In this document: in pieces, positions 12,792 to 24,793 of the stretch | Numbering within the stretch: position 1 is the stretch's first letter | Layout of the letters: each line of letters begins with the position of its first letter | Assembly: GCA_964016885.1 (NCBI GenBank) | Contig: OZ024741.1 | Coordinates: 145,452,001-145,516,000, forward strand | Length of the DNA: 64,000 nucleotides | Source: Eledone cirrhosa | Taxonomy: Eukaryota | Direction: 5' to 3' | Notes under the pieces: model-generated | Seen by the model: only the letters and a program-made list of their open reading frames with translations | The model's database searches: none | What the model was told of the DNA's origin: nothing | Program-made: the position numbers and the translations under genes

Positions 12792-13883
12792 AACAACGAA
12801 TATAGTGAAGAGTTTAGCGTAAAAGTTGGCGTCCATCAGGGCTCTGTTCTCAGCCCCCTAATATTTATTATTGCCCTTCAGGCTATAACAGAGGAGTTCA
12901 AGACCGGCTGCCCATGGGAACTCCTATACGCAGATGACCTAACACTCATAGCTGAATCAATGGCCGAGCTAGAGAAGAAATTCCAAACATGGAAGCACGG
13001 CATAGAATCAAAAGGCCTTAAAATTAACCTGGCTAAGACTAAAGTTCTAGTTTGTAAGAAAGAAAATAAGGCGGCGGTCCCTTCCGGGAAGTGGCCATGC
13101 TCAGTGTGTAGGAAAGGCGTAGGTAGAAACTCCATTTTGTGTCCCAAATGCAAAGTAAGGGTGCATAAAAGATGTAGTGGGATCACAGGTAAGCTAACTA
13201 AGAACATAGATTTTACATGTGGCCGGTGCTCTGGTGCAATAAGTAGCAGCAAGTGCCCACAAAATACTAGCTCTTTCAAATGCGCAGAGGGTTCTATAGA
13301 AATAGTGGACAGCTTCCATTACCTGGGTGACAAAATCAGCAGTGATGGAGGGTGCTCTGAAAGTACAGTAGCTAGAGTCAGAACTGGATGGAAAAAGTTC
13401 AGAGAGCTTATACCACTACTAGCCGCTAAAGGGTTCTCCCTAAAAATGAAAGGCAGGCTGTATGATGCCTGCATACGAACAGCAATGTTGCATGGCAGTG
13501 AGACCTGGGCATTGTGTGCAGAGGATATATGCAGACTAGAGAGGAACGAAGCTTGCATGCTCCGCTGGATGTGTAATAGTAATATACGTGAATGGCAAAG
13601 CATAAACGAACTAAGGAAAAAATTAGAAATAAGAGGGATCAGATGTTGTTTACTCGAGAGAAGGCTACGTTGGTATGGTCACGTGATGCGCATGAAAGAT
13701 GATAGCTGTATAACAAAGTGCAGGGCAATAAAGATAGACGGTAGCCACGGAGTAGGCAGACCCAGAAAAACCTGGGACGAGCTGATAAATTCCGACCTCA
13801 CACACTTACACCTCTCCAAGACAATGTCACTGGACCGAGACCTTTGGAGGTACTCAGTAATAGAGAAGACCCGCCTTACCTAA
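12792..13883 (+). CDS. RTE reverse transcriptase C-terminal fragment with inserted PHD-type finger (open frame, 5'-truncated)
   Basis: Uninterrupted frame in the ORF track. The ORF-track Met at 12759 comes from the flanking antisense CRE sequence, not from the element. Confidence 0.8.
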   Translation, partial: NNEYSEEFSVKVGVHQGSVLSPLIFIIALQAITEEFKTGCPWELLYADDLTLIAESMAELEKKFQTWKHGIESKGLKINLAKTKVLVCKKENKAAVPSGKWPCSVCRKGVGRNSILCPKCKVRVHKRCSGITGKLTKNIDFTCGRCSGAISSSKCPQNTSSFKCAEGSIEIVDSFHYLGDKISSDGGCSESTVARVRTGWKKFRELIPLLAAKGFSLKMKGRLYDACIRTAMLHGSETWALCAEDICRLERNEACMLRWMCNSNIREWQSINELRKKLEIRGIRCCLLERRLRWYGHVMRMKDDSCITKCRAIKIDGSHGVGRPRKTWDELINSDLTHLHLSKTMSLDRDLWRYSVIEKTRLT

Positions 13884-14040
13884 ATACAAAGTAAAACCTA
13901 CTACATTCAGTAGGCATCTCTAACAAAATACACCACCCCCAACCCATCCACACCACCCCTTTCAATGTAAAGTTATGTTGGTGCCACAACATCCAGTCCT
14001 AAACAAATGAGACCGTGTAGGTGTCACGACAAAAAAACAC

Positions 14041-14264
14041 AGTCCACGCTGTAATGTGGCCGTGTAGGCAACACGGTAAAAACCTCCCAGCCCCACACTG
14101 TAAATGTGGTTGGTGTTAGGAAGGGCATCAAGCTGTAGAAAACCCGCCAGACAGTCCACGCTGTAATGTGGCCGTGTAGGCAACACAGTAAAAACCTCCC
14201 AGCCCCACACTGTAAATGTGGTTGGTGTTAGGAAGGGCATCCAGCTGTAGAAAACCCGCCAGAC
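14041..14264 (+). repeat. 2 x 112-bp tandem repeat in the RTE 3'UTR
   Basis: agtcc recurs at 14041, 14153 and 14265; the same duplication is in the copy at about 36835-37063. Confidence 0.9.
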
Positions 14265-16746
14265 AGTCCTATGCGAGCAAGACAATCACTGTTGCCTCAA
14301 GTGGGAAAACCCCCGTCCAAACCCATGCAAGCGTGGAACACGGACGTTAAACGTTGATGATGATGATGATGATGATGCAGGATTTAACTCCTTCAAAAGG
14401 GAAGAGAGTAATTCTGTTGGAGTGCTTACTGTCACCGTGATCAGGGCATACTGGCTCCAGTTGTGATAGGAATCCAGCTGCATCAAGGTTCCTTCTTCTG
14501 TCATTGAGAGCAGTATGTCAGGAGAAACAGCTTATGCTCTGTCGGCATGATAATGGGTGCAGGACAAACTCATCAATGACAGCTCCAGAACAAAATTTAT
14601 GTGGGTCACACATGTGGAGGCTGAGGCATCAGACTCTAATGCGAGTGCAATCATCATCAATAAGGGTACTGGTTGATGAAGAGGGCACTGAATTGAGCCA
14701 TGCACTGCTGGTCGGCTGTGAGGCAGAATGGAGACAGGTGAATCCGTATTAGTCCAATCCTAACCCAATTCCTCTAAAGGTAGACCTGAATTTGATTTCG
14801 TCCCAGTTATGTTGGACATTTGTATACTGGGGGAGAGAGGGGCCTTCGCTGGTCCAGTTGGCTAGAGCCTGCTCCAGTTCTTGGGTCATGTCAGGATCTG
14901 CCCTCTTGCTGAAGACCTCACTGTTGAGTGTGTGACTGGAGGAGATTAAGGAGAGGTCGGCTGGTGGTGCCAGATCTGATGTGCATCAGATGTCAAGGTT
15001 ATCAAACTTCACAGGGAGCTTTGCCTGTTGCCAGCTGGTGCTGACAAAACTAACATCGCAGATGAGTTCCACACAGAGCCAGATAGTGGCATCAAGTTCA
15101 TTGGGGAGAGGGTGACAAGGTGCCCTGTGCAGCATAAACAAAAATTTAGGAAAGACAAAGCAGTTCCTCAGGAGAAAGACTGCAGGGTGTGCATCAATGC
15201 AGCACAAACTCTCCATCATACTCAACAAATCTGCGTGCATGGTTTCCAGGCCCTCCCGTATGGTTTTCAAGAGAATTGGAGAGCCGAGAATGCAGGCATC
15301 ATCTTTGGGCATTAGCCAAGCCTCAAACAAGACACGACGGATGCTGAGTATGGCACCCTGGAATTTGGCCTCCCCATAGCTAATGTTAATCACCTTAGAC
15401 TTTGATAGGTTGATCTTGTGTCTGAGGAGCTTCAGAGCTGGGATAATTAGCCGAAGGTCCTCAACTACTGACTCCCCCAAGCCACTCTGGGTCATGTCAT
15501 TCAGGTACCAGTCGTTGAAGGGTGCCTGAGCAGAGTGGGCAACACCATAGACTGCCATTGCAAAGAGGATTGGGCCAAGTGGGTCTCCCTGATGGACACA
15601 CATAGTGGAGGCAACCATGTGTATGCTGGGTGTTCCATACAAGAGTTGAGCAAGAGGGAATATGGAAGGGACTTGTATAAAACATGTCTCTAAATGGTGA
15701 TCCTGCCAAACATTGTTGAAATTATTTCTCATGTTTAGCTTCACTAGGAGGTGGGGTGACGAAGAAGGCATGTGCTCAATAAAGTGTCTGATCACATGAG
15801 CTGTCACCTCACATCCACACTTTCCTCCTACTCAAAGCTGGATAGTGCCTTGTTCAGAACATCTTTGACTGACTTGCAAGCTATCTTGATGCCAAGTTAT
15901 CAGAAGACATTGCCGACTGTGATGGGATGAACACCTCAATCATTCTTCCTCAGTGCAGTCAGACTGGCTGAGAAGAAAAGATCATGGGCATGGCAGGGCA
16001 GGTTGGCAGGGACAAGACAGTTGGGGAGAGCTGTTATCGACTGGGGCAAGTATGCTCCTGCCTCAGCAACATTTGATGAGATAAGGTATCTGAGGTTGCC
16101 AGGTCGCAGGCTGTCCACTCCCTGGGAAATGTATTAGGGCAGCTAATACGTCCTCACTAGATGCGGCCAAAGAAAGGTTACTGGCCAGGGCTTGGACATC
16201 CCCGATGTCAGCTGTGGATGACTGGGCTTTTATGATGGAGTGCTTCTAAGACATCCAGTGAGGGTCAGAGTACTGTGTCATTCTAGGCTAGCACATGTAT
16301 TGTAGCTAAAATGTTGGCTTCAATTAGTTTGAAGTTGACTCTGTTACAGAGATGCTTTTTACAGTCGGATGTGGGTTGTATGCACTGAGTTAGCACTAGT
16401 GGATTGCATGAAAGGGCCAAGGGGCTCGCAGGTAAAGGGTCACAGAAGGAACCGATATTGCCCTTGAGCCCCAAAGTCATGGAGGGGCTCGTTCCTTCAC
16501 CTGCCATTGGGTTCTCTGGATTTTGGAACATAACTTAACAAAGGTCCTTACATAAATCACGAGGGTATCAATGGGTTAATTTCCATGCCTTCTTTTAGAA
16601 GGCAACTGGATAACTGTGAAGAGATGCTATGACATCAGAGTCAACTTCAATTGGAAGTGGATGTGATATTAAGAGAAGTCATTCCTCTAGGGTTTTTATC
16701 CAAATAGACAATATAATACAATTCTTAGAAATTGTGGCTCCTTTAA

Positions 16747-16975
16747 CCCTTCTGTTACATTATTTCTAATGAAGTACACCGTATTAGATTTAATTACTGA
16801 CTTATTTGGAAGGATTTTTCAAAGATTTTATTTCATTATTAAGATCGTCTTTGTAAAACAACATTTTTGCAACAAATCATATTTGAATGTTTTAATTCAA
16901 AGAGGAACCTTTTTAAATGAATTATTTTGTTTCATAGAAGCAGAGGCAATTTTGGGTGTGTTTGTATTTAAAGGG
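16747..16975. mobile_element. piggyBac-like MITE with TTAA TSD
   Basis: TTAA|CCCTT ... AAGGG|TTAA. Body is similar to other AAAGGGTTAA-ended remnants (about 4930, 53008, 57080). Confidence 0.6.
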
Positions 16976-17683
16976 TTAAAAATCAATAAACCATCAAAAT
17001 CTGAGTGAAATGAGCCACAAAATTGTTAAGGAAATTCTAATGCAGAATTACATGAGAATTATTATGTAATTCAATCTGAATTTCCATTCTAAATTTCCTG
17101 AAATTTATTTGATGAAGACATGCAATTTCAGAAATTATCATAACATAAGTATATTCAATATTACATGTTGGTAAATTACATATCTCATGGAACATGATAT
17201 TATTTGAATGGTTGAGGAAAATTAAATATGGGAATTGAGACAGAAAATATAGAGGTAAGTTGAACTTTACTGAATTCTAGGACTTTGCAATATTTTATAT
17301 CAAATTAGTTTTCACTGATATTCGTTAATGTATAATATTCATATATGTTAATCACAATATTTGTTAATGTATAATATTCACTTATGTCTGCATTATATTC
17401 ATTGAAGATAATAGCCTTCCTTCTATGCCATAAAACAGAGGTCTGCATCACCCCTTACCTATTCAATAGTTGTGATGTGCCAAACTTTGGTGACTGAGCA
17501 CTATAACGAATCATTATAGTTAAATACAGGTATAATGATGTTTTTTTTATTGTTTTTATAAATACATGTTTGCAGTTTTATATACTTACCTACTGATACC
17601 CACAGTGGCAAATGTATACTTCCAATTTACATCAAATGGAACAAAACCGTTTAACCCATGCTAGTGTGGAAGATGGACGTTAA

Positions 17684-17743
<60 letters not shown>

Positions 17744-17761
17744 ATATATATATATATATAT
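17684..17761. repeat. (ATG)n + (TA)n microsatellite (RTE-type tail)
   Basis: Preceded by the RTE terminal motif ccatgctagtgtggaagatggacgttaa. Confidence 0.9.
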
Positions 17762-17780
17762 AATTACAACAATGACATAA

Positions 17781-17830
17781 ACAGGTACTTAAGTTTCATT
17801 GGGTTATGGACCCCAACTCATTCAGCCAGT
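17781..17830 (-). ncRNA. Hammerhead ribozyme, core variant CUGAAUGA
   Basis: actgg-CTGAATGA-gttggg gtccataa cccaat-GAAA-cttaag-TA-cctgt; palindromic stem III, GUA triplet. Confidence 0.6.
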
Positions 17831-17905
17831 CATAAGAAAAATAAAAATAAAGATGGTCACTGCATGTTGATTGGGATTTCTTTTCAGAAATATAACATAA
17901 GAGTT

Positions 17906-18354
17906 ATGTGATCTGTCGGCCAGCTACATCTTTCTTCCTGTGGCTTTCGAGACATTTGTGGGAGTCAGGCCGCCTGACTGCGAGGTTCCTCTCTTCACTG
18001 GCGGCTCGCCTAATAGAGGTAACTGGCAAATCTTGTGAGGGCACTTGGTTGTTCCAGCACATAGGCCTTGCCATCACCCGAGATAACGCTGCGAGTGTGC
18101 TGGCTTGCCTCAAAAATCATTAGAGAGGTTTCCCGGTACTCCTCGCGACATTGCTGTCTTTTGCTCTGGTGTTGGCTCAGTTGTTCACCCCTTCCTTTAC
18201 CTTTTCTTTAATATTGTAACATTAAAAGAATATATCTTTCTGAAAGAATCACGAGCAATTTATAATGTTATCTAAGCATTTGTAATGTTATTTAAAACAT
18301 ATTTATTCTACTGTAAATTTATTTATATGCTCTGTATAATAAAAATATTATATT
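17906..18354 (+). mobile_element. 5'-truncated CRE-like element (RLE C-terminus + 3'UTR) with 11-bp TSD
   Basis: ...FQHIGLAITRDNAASVL motif; AATAAA near the end; TSD ACATAAGAGTT at 17895-17905 and 18355-18365. Confidence 0.8.
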
Positions 18355-19161
18355 ACATAAGAGTTTAAACAAAAGCAGGTAATTTAGAAATCAGTTTTAA
18401 AAAATGTTTTTTTAATTATGTGCAAAGAAGATAAGATCAGGGGGGCCGGGGTAACTCTTGCGGGACCACAGTCAAGATTGAAGAAAAATAATTTTTTCTA
18501 GTTGACTTAAAGAATCCAAATTCCTTGTGCATGTTACAAAATAGTCAGTAAATCAAAGTATGCTTCTAGACCTGTTAGTCAGGTCTAAGCCATTTACTCA
18601 GACTATACTTCATTTCATGAGGACAGAATCAAAAGCACTCAAGCCACGTATTAAGGCAGTGTTTATCTGAAGCTAGTTGTGAGAGTATATACCATTTTTC
18701 CAATTTACAAAGGTGACAAAATTTCAACCCATTAACATAGGTGGTAGATCTTTCTAATATACTCCATTTGATGGGGAAAGGTGTGCCGTTATTCTTAAGG
18801 CTCCATACATGATTTGCAAGCAGGGTGGCATGTTTTTTGTCAGGATATCTGAAGATTTTTTCATGATTTCATGATTCAGGTACCAGATGTTAAACCATCT
18901 CTTGGACATACTGATATAGGTCCAGGGTTCAGTTTAGTCGAGGTGATCTCTGCTTGATATATCACCGTTGGTGTAGTGGGCATGTTTCTGGTCTTCTACA
19001 ATAGCATCCTTACAGTGGAGAGCTTTTGCTCATAATTGAAAAAAAAAAAAAAACTTTTTAAAACTGATTTCTAAATGACTTGCGTTTGTTTAAACTCTTA
19101 TGTTATATTTCTGAAAGAAAGTCACAATCACCTTCCAGCGACTATTTTACTTTTTCTTATG

Positions 19162-19204
19162 ACAGGCTGAACGAGTAGAACCCAATGAAACTTAAAGTAC
19201 CTGT
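19162..19204 (+). ncRNA. Hammerhead ribozyme, core variant CUGAACGA, stem II damaged
   Basis: acagg-CTGAACGA-gtagaacccaat-GAAA-cttaaag-TA-cctgt; inverted paralog of 17781-17830. Confidence 0.5.
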
Positions 19205-19614
19205 TTATGTCACTGTTGTAATTATTTAGACAAAAACTCATTCTAAACTGGACTGAGTGCTCCTACCCTTCAGTATTTCTACCAAACTTTTACTACAGTA
19301 TATATACATCATCATCATCATCATCATCAACATCGTATATATATATATATATAAATATATATATATAGTAGAAAGTGAAAGAAATTCCTTAATACAGTAA
19401 GATATATTTGAAAAAAAATGACTTCATTGGTTGTTTCTGTGTTTCCAAATTTTCATGACACTCACTTCTCATTTGTACATACACTCCTATCATCCCACCA
19501 CCACCACCCATCATTTTACTATTTTTTCAACCATAATATATAAATACATTTATCTCACTAATTAATATTTTGTTTCTTCCCCAAAGGTCATTTATCTCAC
19601 TTAACCCTATATAA

Positions 19615-20430
19615 CCACTATGGTAGGGCAACTGGTTCAATCAAGAGGTCAAAGATGACATCCAAGCAAAGAAGGAGGCTTACAAAGCTTGGCTTGGAAA
19701 TAAGTTCTCCTTCTGGCACTTGCATTATGAGCAGGCATGAAGAATCGCAACAGAGACAGTAAAGGCATCCAAATTAAGACATGGGAGGACTTTGGAGCTA
19801 AGCTGGAATCCGACTTTAGATCAGCAAATAAAGTGTTCTAGCAGACCATCTGCTGACTTTGTAATAAGAAGCCCTCCTCTGCACCAATTATCAAGAATGC
19901 ATCTGGGGTCTCCTCTCTTGAGAGAGATACATCCTCACAAAGTGGAGAGAATACTTTGCAGATCTTCTAAATCTGATCACAACAGCATCTTATGATGTAC
20001 ACAAGGTGCATCTGGGAGCGGTGACTAATCTCTCAGAGACTTAGGTCACAGGAGCAGTAAAAGAGATCCAATGTGGCAAGGCTGCAGGGGAAGATGAAAT
20101 CTGGCCTGATAGATAAGTTAAAAGCGTTAAATAGAGAAGATATTCTCTTGCTGACTCGTGTGTACCAGGTAGCCTAGATCTCTGGAAAATGCACCTAAGC
20201 ATGGGAGACAAGAGAAATTGTTCCGACTACAAAGGAATCTCCCCATTAAGCCTCCCCAGTAAAGTCTATGGTGAGTGTCTGGCAAAGAGATGCAGGGAGA
20301 TTGTCGAGTGCAAGTTAGCGGATGAAGAGTGTGGTTTTCGCCCTGAACATAGCACAGCTGACCAAATATTCACACTGCATCAGGTTTTCAAGAAATGTTG
20401 TGAGTATTGCCAAGAAGTATGTTCATGTTT
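19615..20430 (+). mobile_element. Degraded RTE-clade LINE internal fragment (different family)
   Basis: WFNQEVKDDIQAKKEAY, GKAAGEDEI, NCSDYKGISPLSLPSKVY, CGFRPEHSTADQIFTL. Confidence 0.8.
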
Positions 20431-20651
20431 AAAAATGTGTGATTTACCAAAATACGAATTTCTTCTGACTATGATACACACATTTATTTTTTTGATAGTT
20501 ATTATGATTAAGTGTTCTAAATAAAACTAATAACTTAAATCTACACACTTTAGACGCTATACCATTAGAAACTGCATTAATGAGACATTCTAGGAAAGTA
20601 TAAAACATCCCTATAACTGCCTCATTAAAATTTTATGTCTTTATCTTAATA

Positions 20652-20780
20652 ATTGTTTCTACTTTATGCACAAGGCCAGCAATTACCCGGTGCATCACTG
20701 GTACTTTATTTTATCGACCCTGTAAGGATGAAAGGCAAAGTCAACCTCTGCGGGATTTGAACTCAGATCGTAAAGGGACG
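20652..20780 (-). mobile_element. tRNA-derived SINE (5'-truncated)
   Basis: Near-identical to the 26051-26218 copy; B box GAGTTCAAATCC on the minus strand. Confidence 0.75.
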
Positions 20781-22369
20781 TATAATGCACATTTTTATAA
20801 TGATCTTCTAGGTAGAAAAGATGGCATAAATATAAACCCATTTTTAGATATTTCTTGTTAAATCCAAACAGGATGTTAAGAGTTAAATTTCATATTAACT
20901 GTATCAATTGCAAATTGCTATAGTAACACATTAAAACAGTCACATTCATTATTAGTATGTAGATACAGCAACTTTACATTGCAAGGCACCAAAATGACAT
21001 CATAATCACTCTAAAATTGAATAACTTATATATCAAAATATCACACAGTCTGTATACTTCTCGTCAAGCAGTTTCTAGAAATAACTTCTGGAAAGATTTA
21101 AGTCATATTTAATAAGCTTGCTTACATATTTTATGTTCTCTAAACACCTCAATACATACAAGATACCAACCACCTTTTTTATTTTTGGGTGTTTTATAAC
21201 CATGTTTACTTTCTAATATAAGTGGACAGTTTCATACAGTTAGTACAATTGTTTTTGCAGGTGGATGACCTTCACTAATCACTCAATCAATCTTGAATCA
21301 CTCAACCAAGAAGAAGATGTGAAACTTGTTTTTGTCAGACAGTCAAACTGAACCAAACCAGTAACTAAACATAATCGCTGCCTTAGTAAATAGAGTTCAT
21401 GTTGATGTTCATTTTTCCCCTATTGATTGAATCCCATTGCTGGTTCATAAGCCAACAAGGTAACTGATAATGTGATTTGATCAGCTAAATAGCAGCTTAA
21501 TTTTCAAATTTCACCCTACTGCCAAGGATGATCTGTGGCTGCAAAACACAGTTGTTGACTTCCTGTTTCAGAAACAACTTTGGGAAATTAATTGTAATAT
21601 CAAATTTATTCTACTGGAGAAGAACGACGTCTTTGCCTAAAGTCATATACTCACTATTTGATTGTTCTCAGTGTTGCTTAAGCTCCATCATTTTTCTTGA
21701 ATGGTAAGCAATCTAGAAAGTAAACTAAGTTTTTCAATGTTCTTATGAGAAAAGAAGAGTTCTAAAGAAATGTCATTCTCAAAATATCAGAACTCACCTA
21801 TTTTTGTACTACACAAACTTATCTAATTTAATGTTTGCAAATTGTTTATTCTCTTTTTCTGTTTATTCCAATGCATGTCATTGGTAATTTTCTTTATTGT
21901 ATTAGTAAGTTTTGAACTTACTTATGGCAATGTGAGCTGACAAAATGAGAGGAAAATATCACATATGAGGAAAGAATCTAACGAGGGGGAATAGCTAAAG
22001 TAAAGCGTAATATAGGCTGTTCTCGGTGGCAATGCTTTTCCCATATTGTCTGCAAGGTGAAGTTGAGATATACTGTCCCCCTAAGGATGTATAGTTTGCC
22101 TCCTCTCCATTACTTCACCCCTATTTATTTATTTTTTTTTATTTGTGTCTTTGTTATTGTGTCATATACAAAGCACAAATTGTAGAGATTATTTTGACAA
22201 GTATTTGAAAGAATTCAGTCAAAACATTATTGTTTTTTTGATCACACATAGAGATAACATGGATGATAAGAAGTTTATTATTTCAGGTGCTGTATTCCCA
22301 TAAAATAAGATTCATCAATATCAATTGCTTTATATACTACAATTTAAAAAATGCCCCCATTACCCTCTA

Positions 22370-22775
22370 AGTGGTAGTACTGGTGCCACAATAAAAGCAT
22401 TCAATACACTCTGTAAAATGATAGTGCTGGTGCCATGGTAAAATAGATTCGGTACATACTACAAAGTGGTAGTACCAGTGAAACAATAAGATGCACCCTG
22501 TACACACTGTAAAGTGATAGGGTTGTTGCCATGATGAAACACACCTAATACACTCTGTAAAGTGGAAGTGATAAAATGCACCTGGTACACTCTGTAAAGT
22601 GTTAGTGCTGGTGCCATGCTGAAATGCATGAAGTATAGGCTGTATAATGATTGGCATAAATTGGGAATTTAGCTGTAGAAATCATGTAAAAAATGAATCT
22701 AGTCTCGGAGTATGACCTCCCATCCAACTCATGCAAGCATGAAAAGTGGACATAAAATGATAATGATGATGATGA
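22370..22775 (+). repeat. Diverged ~50-bp tandem array of RTE 3'UTR-type units ending in a (TGA)n tail
   Basis: Repeated gtgctggtgcca...aaa..cacc...tacactctgtaaagtg, then catgcaagcatgaaaagtggacataaaatgataatgatg. Confidence 0.75.
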
Positions 22776-24757
22776 CTGATTATTTTGGCTATGATGAAGA
22801 ATGAGTACCAGTAACCCACTGGGTCGATTTACTCGAATTTCCCCTTCCCCAAAAATTGTTGACCTTGAGCCTAAATCAAACCATTATTTGAACAAGTATT
22901 ATAAAATAAAGTACCAGTAATGCACTGGGATAATTGCTGGCCTTGTGCCAAAAGTAGAAACAATTATTTGAACATTTTTAAAATACATATGCTGTAGTGT
23001 AGTTGCAAAATATTTTTCAAATAACAAATCTGGTAAAATGTTATGAAGATATTATTGGTGATTATGAAAGAAATAATATAACAAAGAATGAACACACTTT
23101 GGGACTAACAGTTATACATCATATAACATCATTCTAACATAGTAAAATACTTCATCAAATTTTAGGTCCCATAAAAATAATCCATGAAAAATATAATGTA
23201 GTAAAGTAAATTTTTAGGGATTATGTTAGCCTTTACAAGAAAAAATATATATTGTGCCATATGTGAAATAATATTATGTTTGAAAAGATGCTCATCTACT
23301 TACCTAAAATCAGTTATTTCCAGTGAGGAGAATATGAAATATAAAAAAGAAAAGAAATTATTTAGATACTCAGGTTTTGTAGTAAAGAATCAGAATGTAA
23401 GGCATTACTGCTATATATGAAAATACGGATATATAACATGTTAACTGTAATTTAAGCAATATATATCTTGCTTGATTGTGTAGCAAAGTTAGTGTAGTGA
23501 GACCTAAAGCAAATACATGCTTCAAAAGACTTGGATTCATATTTCAAAATTAATCTATGTTGAGACCACAGAAAAGTTGACATTATCTACTTGATCAATA
23601 AAATCGAGTGAAGGTTGAGTTATCGAAAATTGGAAGCATTTTATTGTAAATAGAAATAGATTCACTTCACAAATAGATAGAAATTTTAAAAGAACATGAT
23701 TTGCTGTGAAGCCAGTCATCTACATCATTAATTTACGATTGACGTAGTTAGTCTTCTATGTCGCAAGCCTGAAAATATAGCGAATATAGTTGCCATGTAT
23801 TGGATCTTCATCGGCTACAACAATGAGTGGCTCCAGTTGGTCAAAGAACTGACCTGCTTGCTCATGGAATTAACATGTATGTGGCTAAGCATTCCACACA
23901 CGTGTACCTGCAAAGTGATTCTCAGCGAGATTCAGTGTGACACAGTGTGTGACAAGATTTGTCCTTTGAATTACAGCCATTCACCTAAATCTCGAATACA
24001 CCTCCTTCAATAAACTTTCATAACATGTACAGGCATAGCTCTGTAGTTAAGAAGTTCTCTTTGCAACAATGTGATTTTGGGGTTCAGTCACATTGTGTAG
24101 CCTCTTAGGCAAGTGTCTTCTATTATAGTCATAATTTGACCAATGACTTGTGGATGAAATTTGGTAAACAGAAACTGAGATCAATCTGTAATCTGACTTT
24201 AATATTTTATCACACAAACATAGTGGAAAAGGAAAACTCTGTACCATTATTATTAATATGTTGTCAAGCACTTAAAACCTGCCACCACTCAGGCATTGCA
24301 ATTGGTTGAAGTTCGACATTAGCAATCTATAGAGGATTAATGGCAGGGAAACATGATGATATTCTCAAGGAAGTCTTGGGTGTCAACAATAATCAACTGG
24401 CTAGTCTGTCCCAGAAGGCTTTCGATCTGGGGTCTATGAATAATTTCTATAAATCTTTGGGCAGGCATTTCCAGTTTAAGATAAATTCTACAGGCATGAA
24501 ATTATTGTCACATGAGCTTGTCTATGATGCCTGAGGATGGACAAAATTGATCTGCATGGAGTGCTATCTGTGTATTGCTGATTTGCAATATGTTATGTTG
24601 AAAACAATTTGCACACACATAACAGTACCAAAGATGGACTGAACTCTCTACCTTGGTACCATATGCTGGGCTATTTGCTTGCCCACTTCATCCATCTTGA
24701 TAAAAACCTTTTTCCTCTCCTCAACATTCCACCCTCCTCTTTCTTTGAACTTTGCCC

Positions 24758-24793
24758 TTTTCTGATGAAGGACTAACGTCCAATATGTCGAAA
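24758..24793 (+). ncRNA. Degenerate hammerhead motif in a PLE-like terminal repeat fragment
   Basis: tttt-CTGATGA-a-ggac taac gtcc-aa-tat-GTC-gaaa. Stem II is perfect but GAAA is eroded. Confidence 0.35.

Larger units (their letters stand above)
12790..14373 (+). mobile_element. Young RTE-clade LINE, 5'-truncated, with (TGA)n tail and TSD GATGCA
   Basis: Open RT C-half (QGSVLSP, YADD, FHYLG, RLRWYGHV) to 13883, then 3'UTR and (TGA)n. GATGCA at 12784-12789 and 14374-14379. Near-identical to 1-900 on the minus strand. Confidence 0.95.
12293..16516 (-). mobile_element. CRE-clade non-LTR retrotransposon (RT + RLE), degraded, interrupted by an RTE insertion
   Basis: ORF 14986-15807 has LLVKLNMRNNFN, QGDPLGPILF and WYLND. 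The RLE reads across the insertion: LEPVCPDHGDSKHSNRITLFPFEGVKSC|IWDTICCDTF...AEDTKISKY...PFAIETSG...GNAFAIL. Approximate TSD TGGA(G/T)TTT. Confidence 0.82.
12182..16579. mobile_element. TTAA-flanked MITE split by a CRE insertion (halves about 12182-12292 and 16517-16579)
   Basis: The left half ends ...attattaatttggagttt and the right half resumes tttggaacataacttaac...gggttaa. These match the contiguous family sequence seen at 8060-8100. Confidence 0.55.
17762..19280 (-). mobile_element. Penelope-like element remnant: GIY-YIG core flanked by inverted pLTRs
   Basis: Minus-strand 18690-19010 encodes CYCRRPETCPL..VIYQAEIT...LANHVWSLKNNG...IKWSILE...FCHLCKLEK. 17762-17905 plus 18355-18410 is an inverted copy of about 19030-19225. 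Confidence 0.8.

Noticed and set aside
21922-21936. 15-nt microexon (TTTTGTCAG...GTAAGT, minus strand)
   Set aside because: Such matches are expected by chance in 64 kb of AT-rich DNA, and there is no gene context.
22370-22620. CRISPR-like periodic array
   Set aside because: Whole units are homologous (no unique spacers), they match RTE 3'UTR repeats, there are no cas genes, and the context is eukaryotic.
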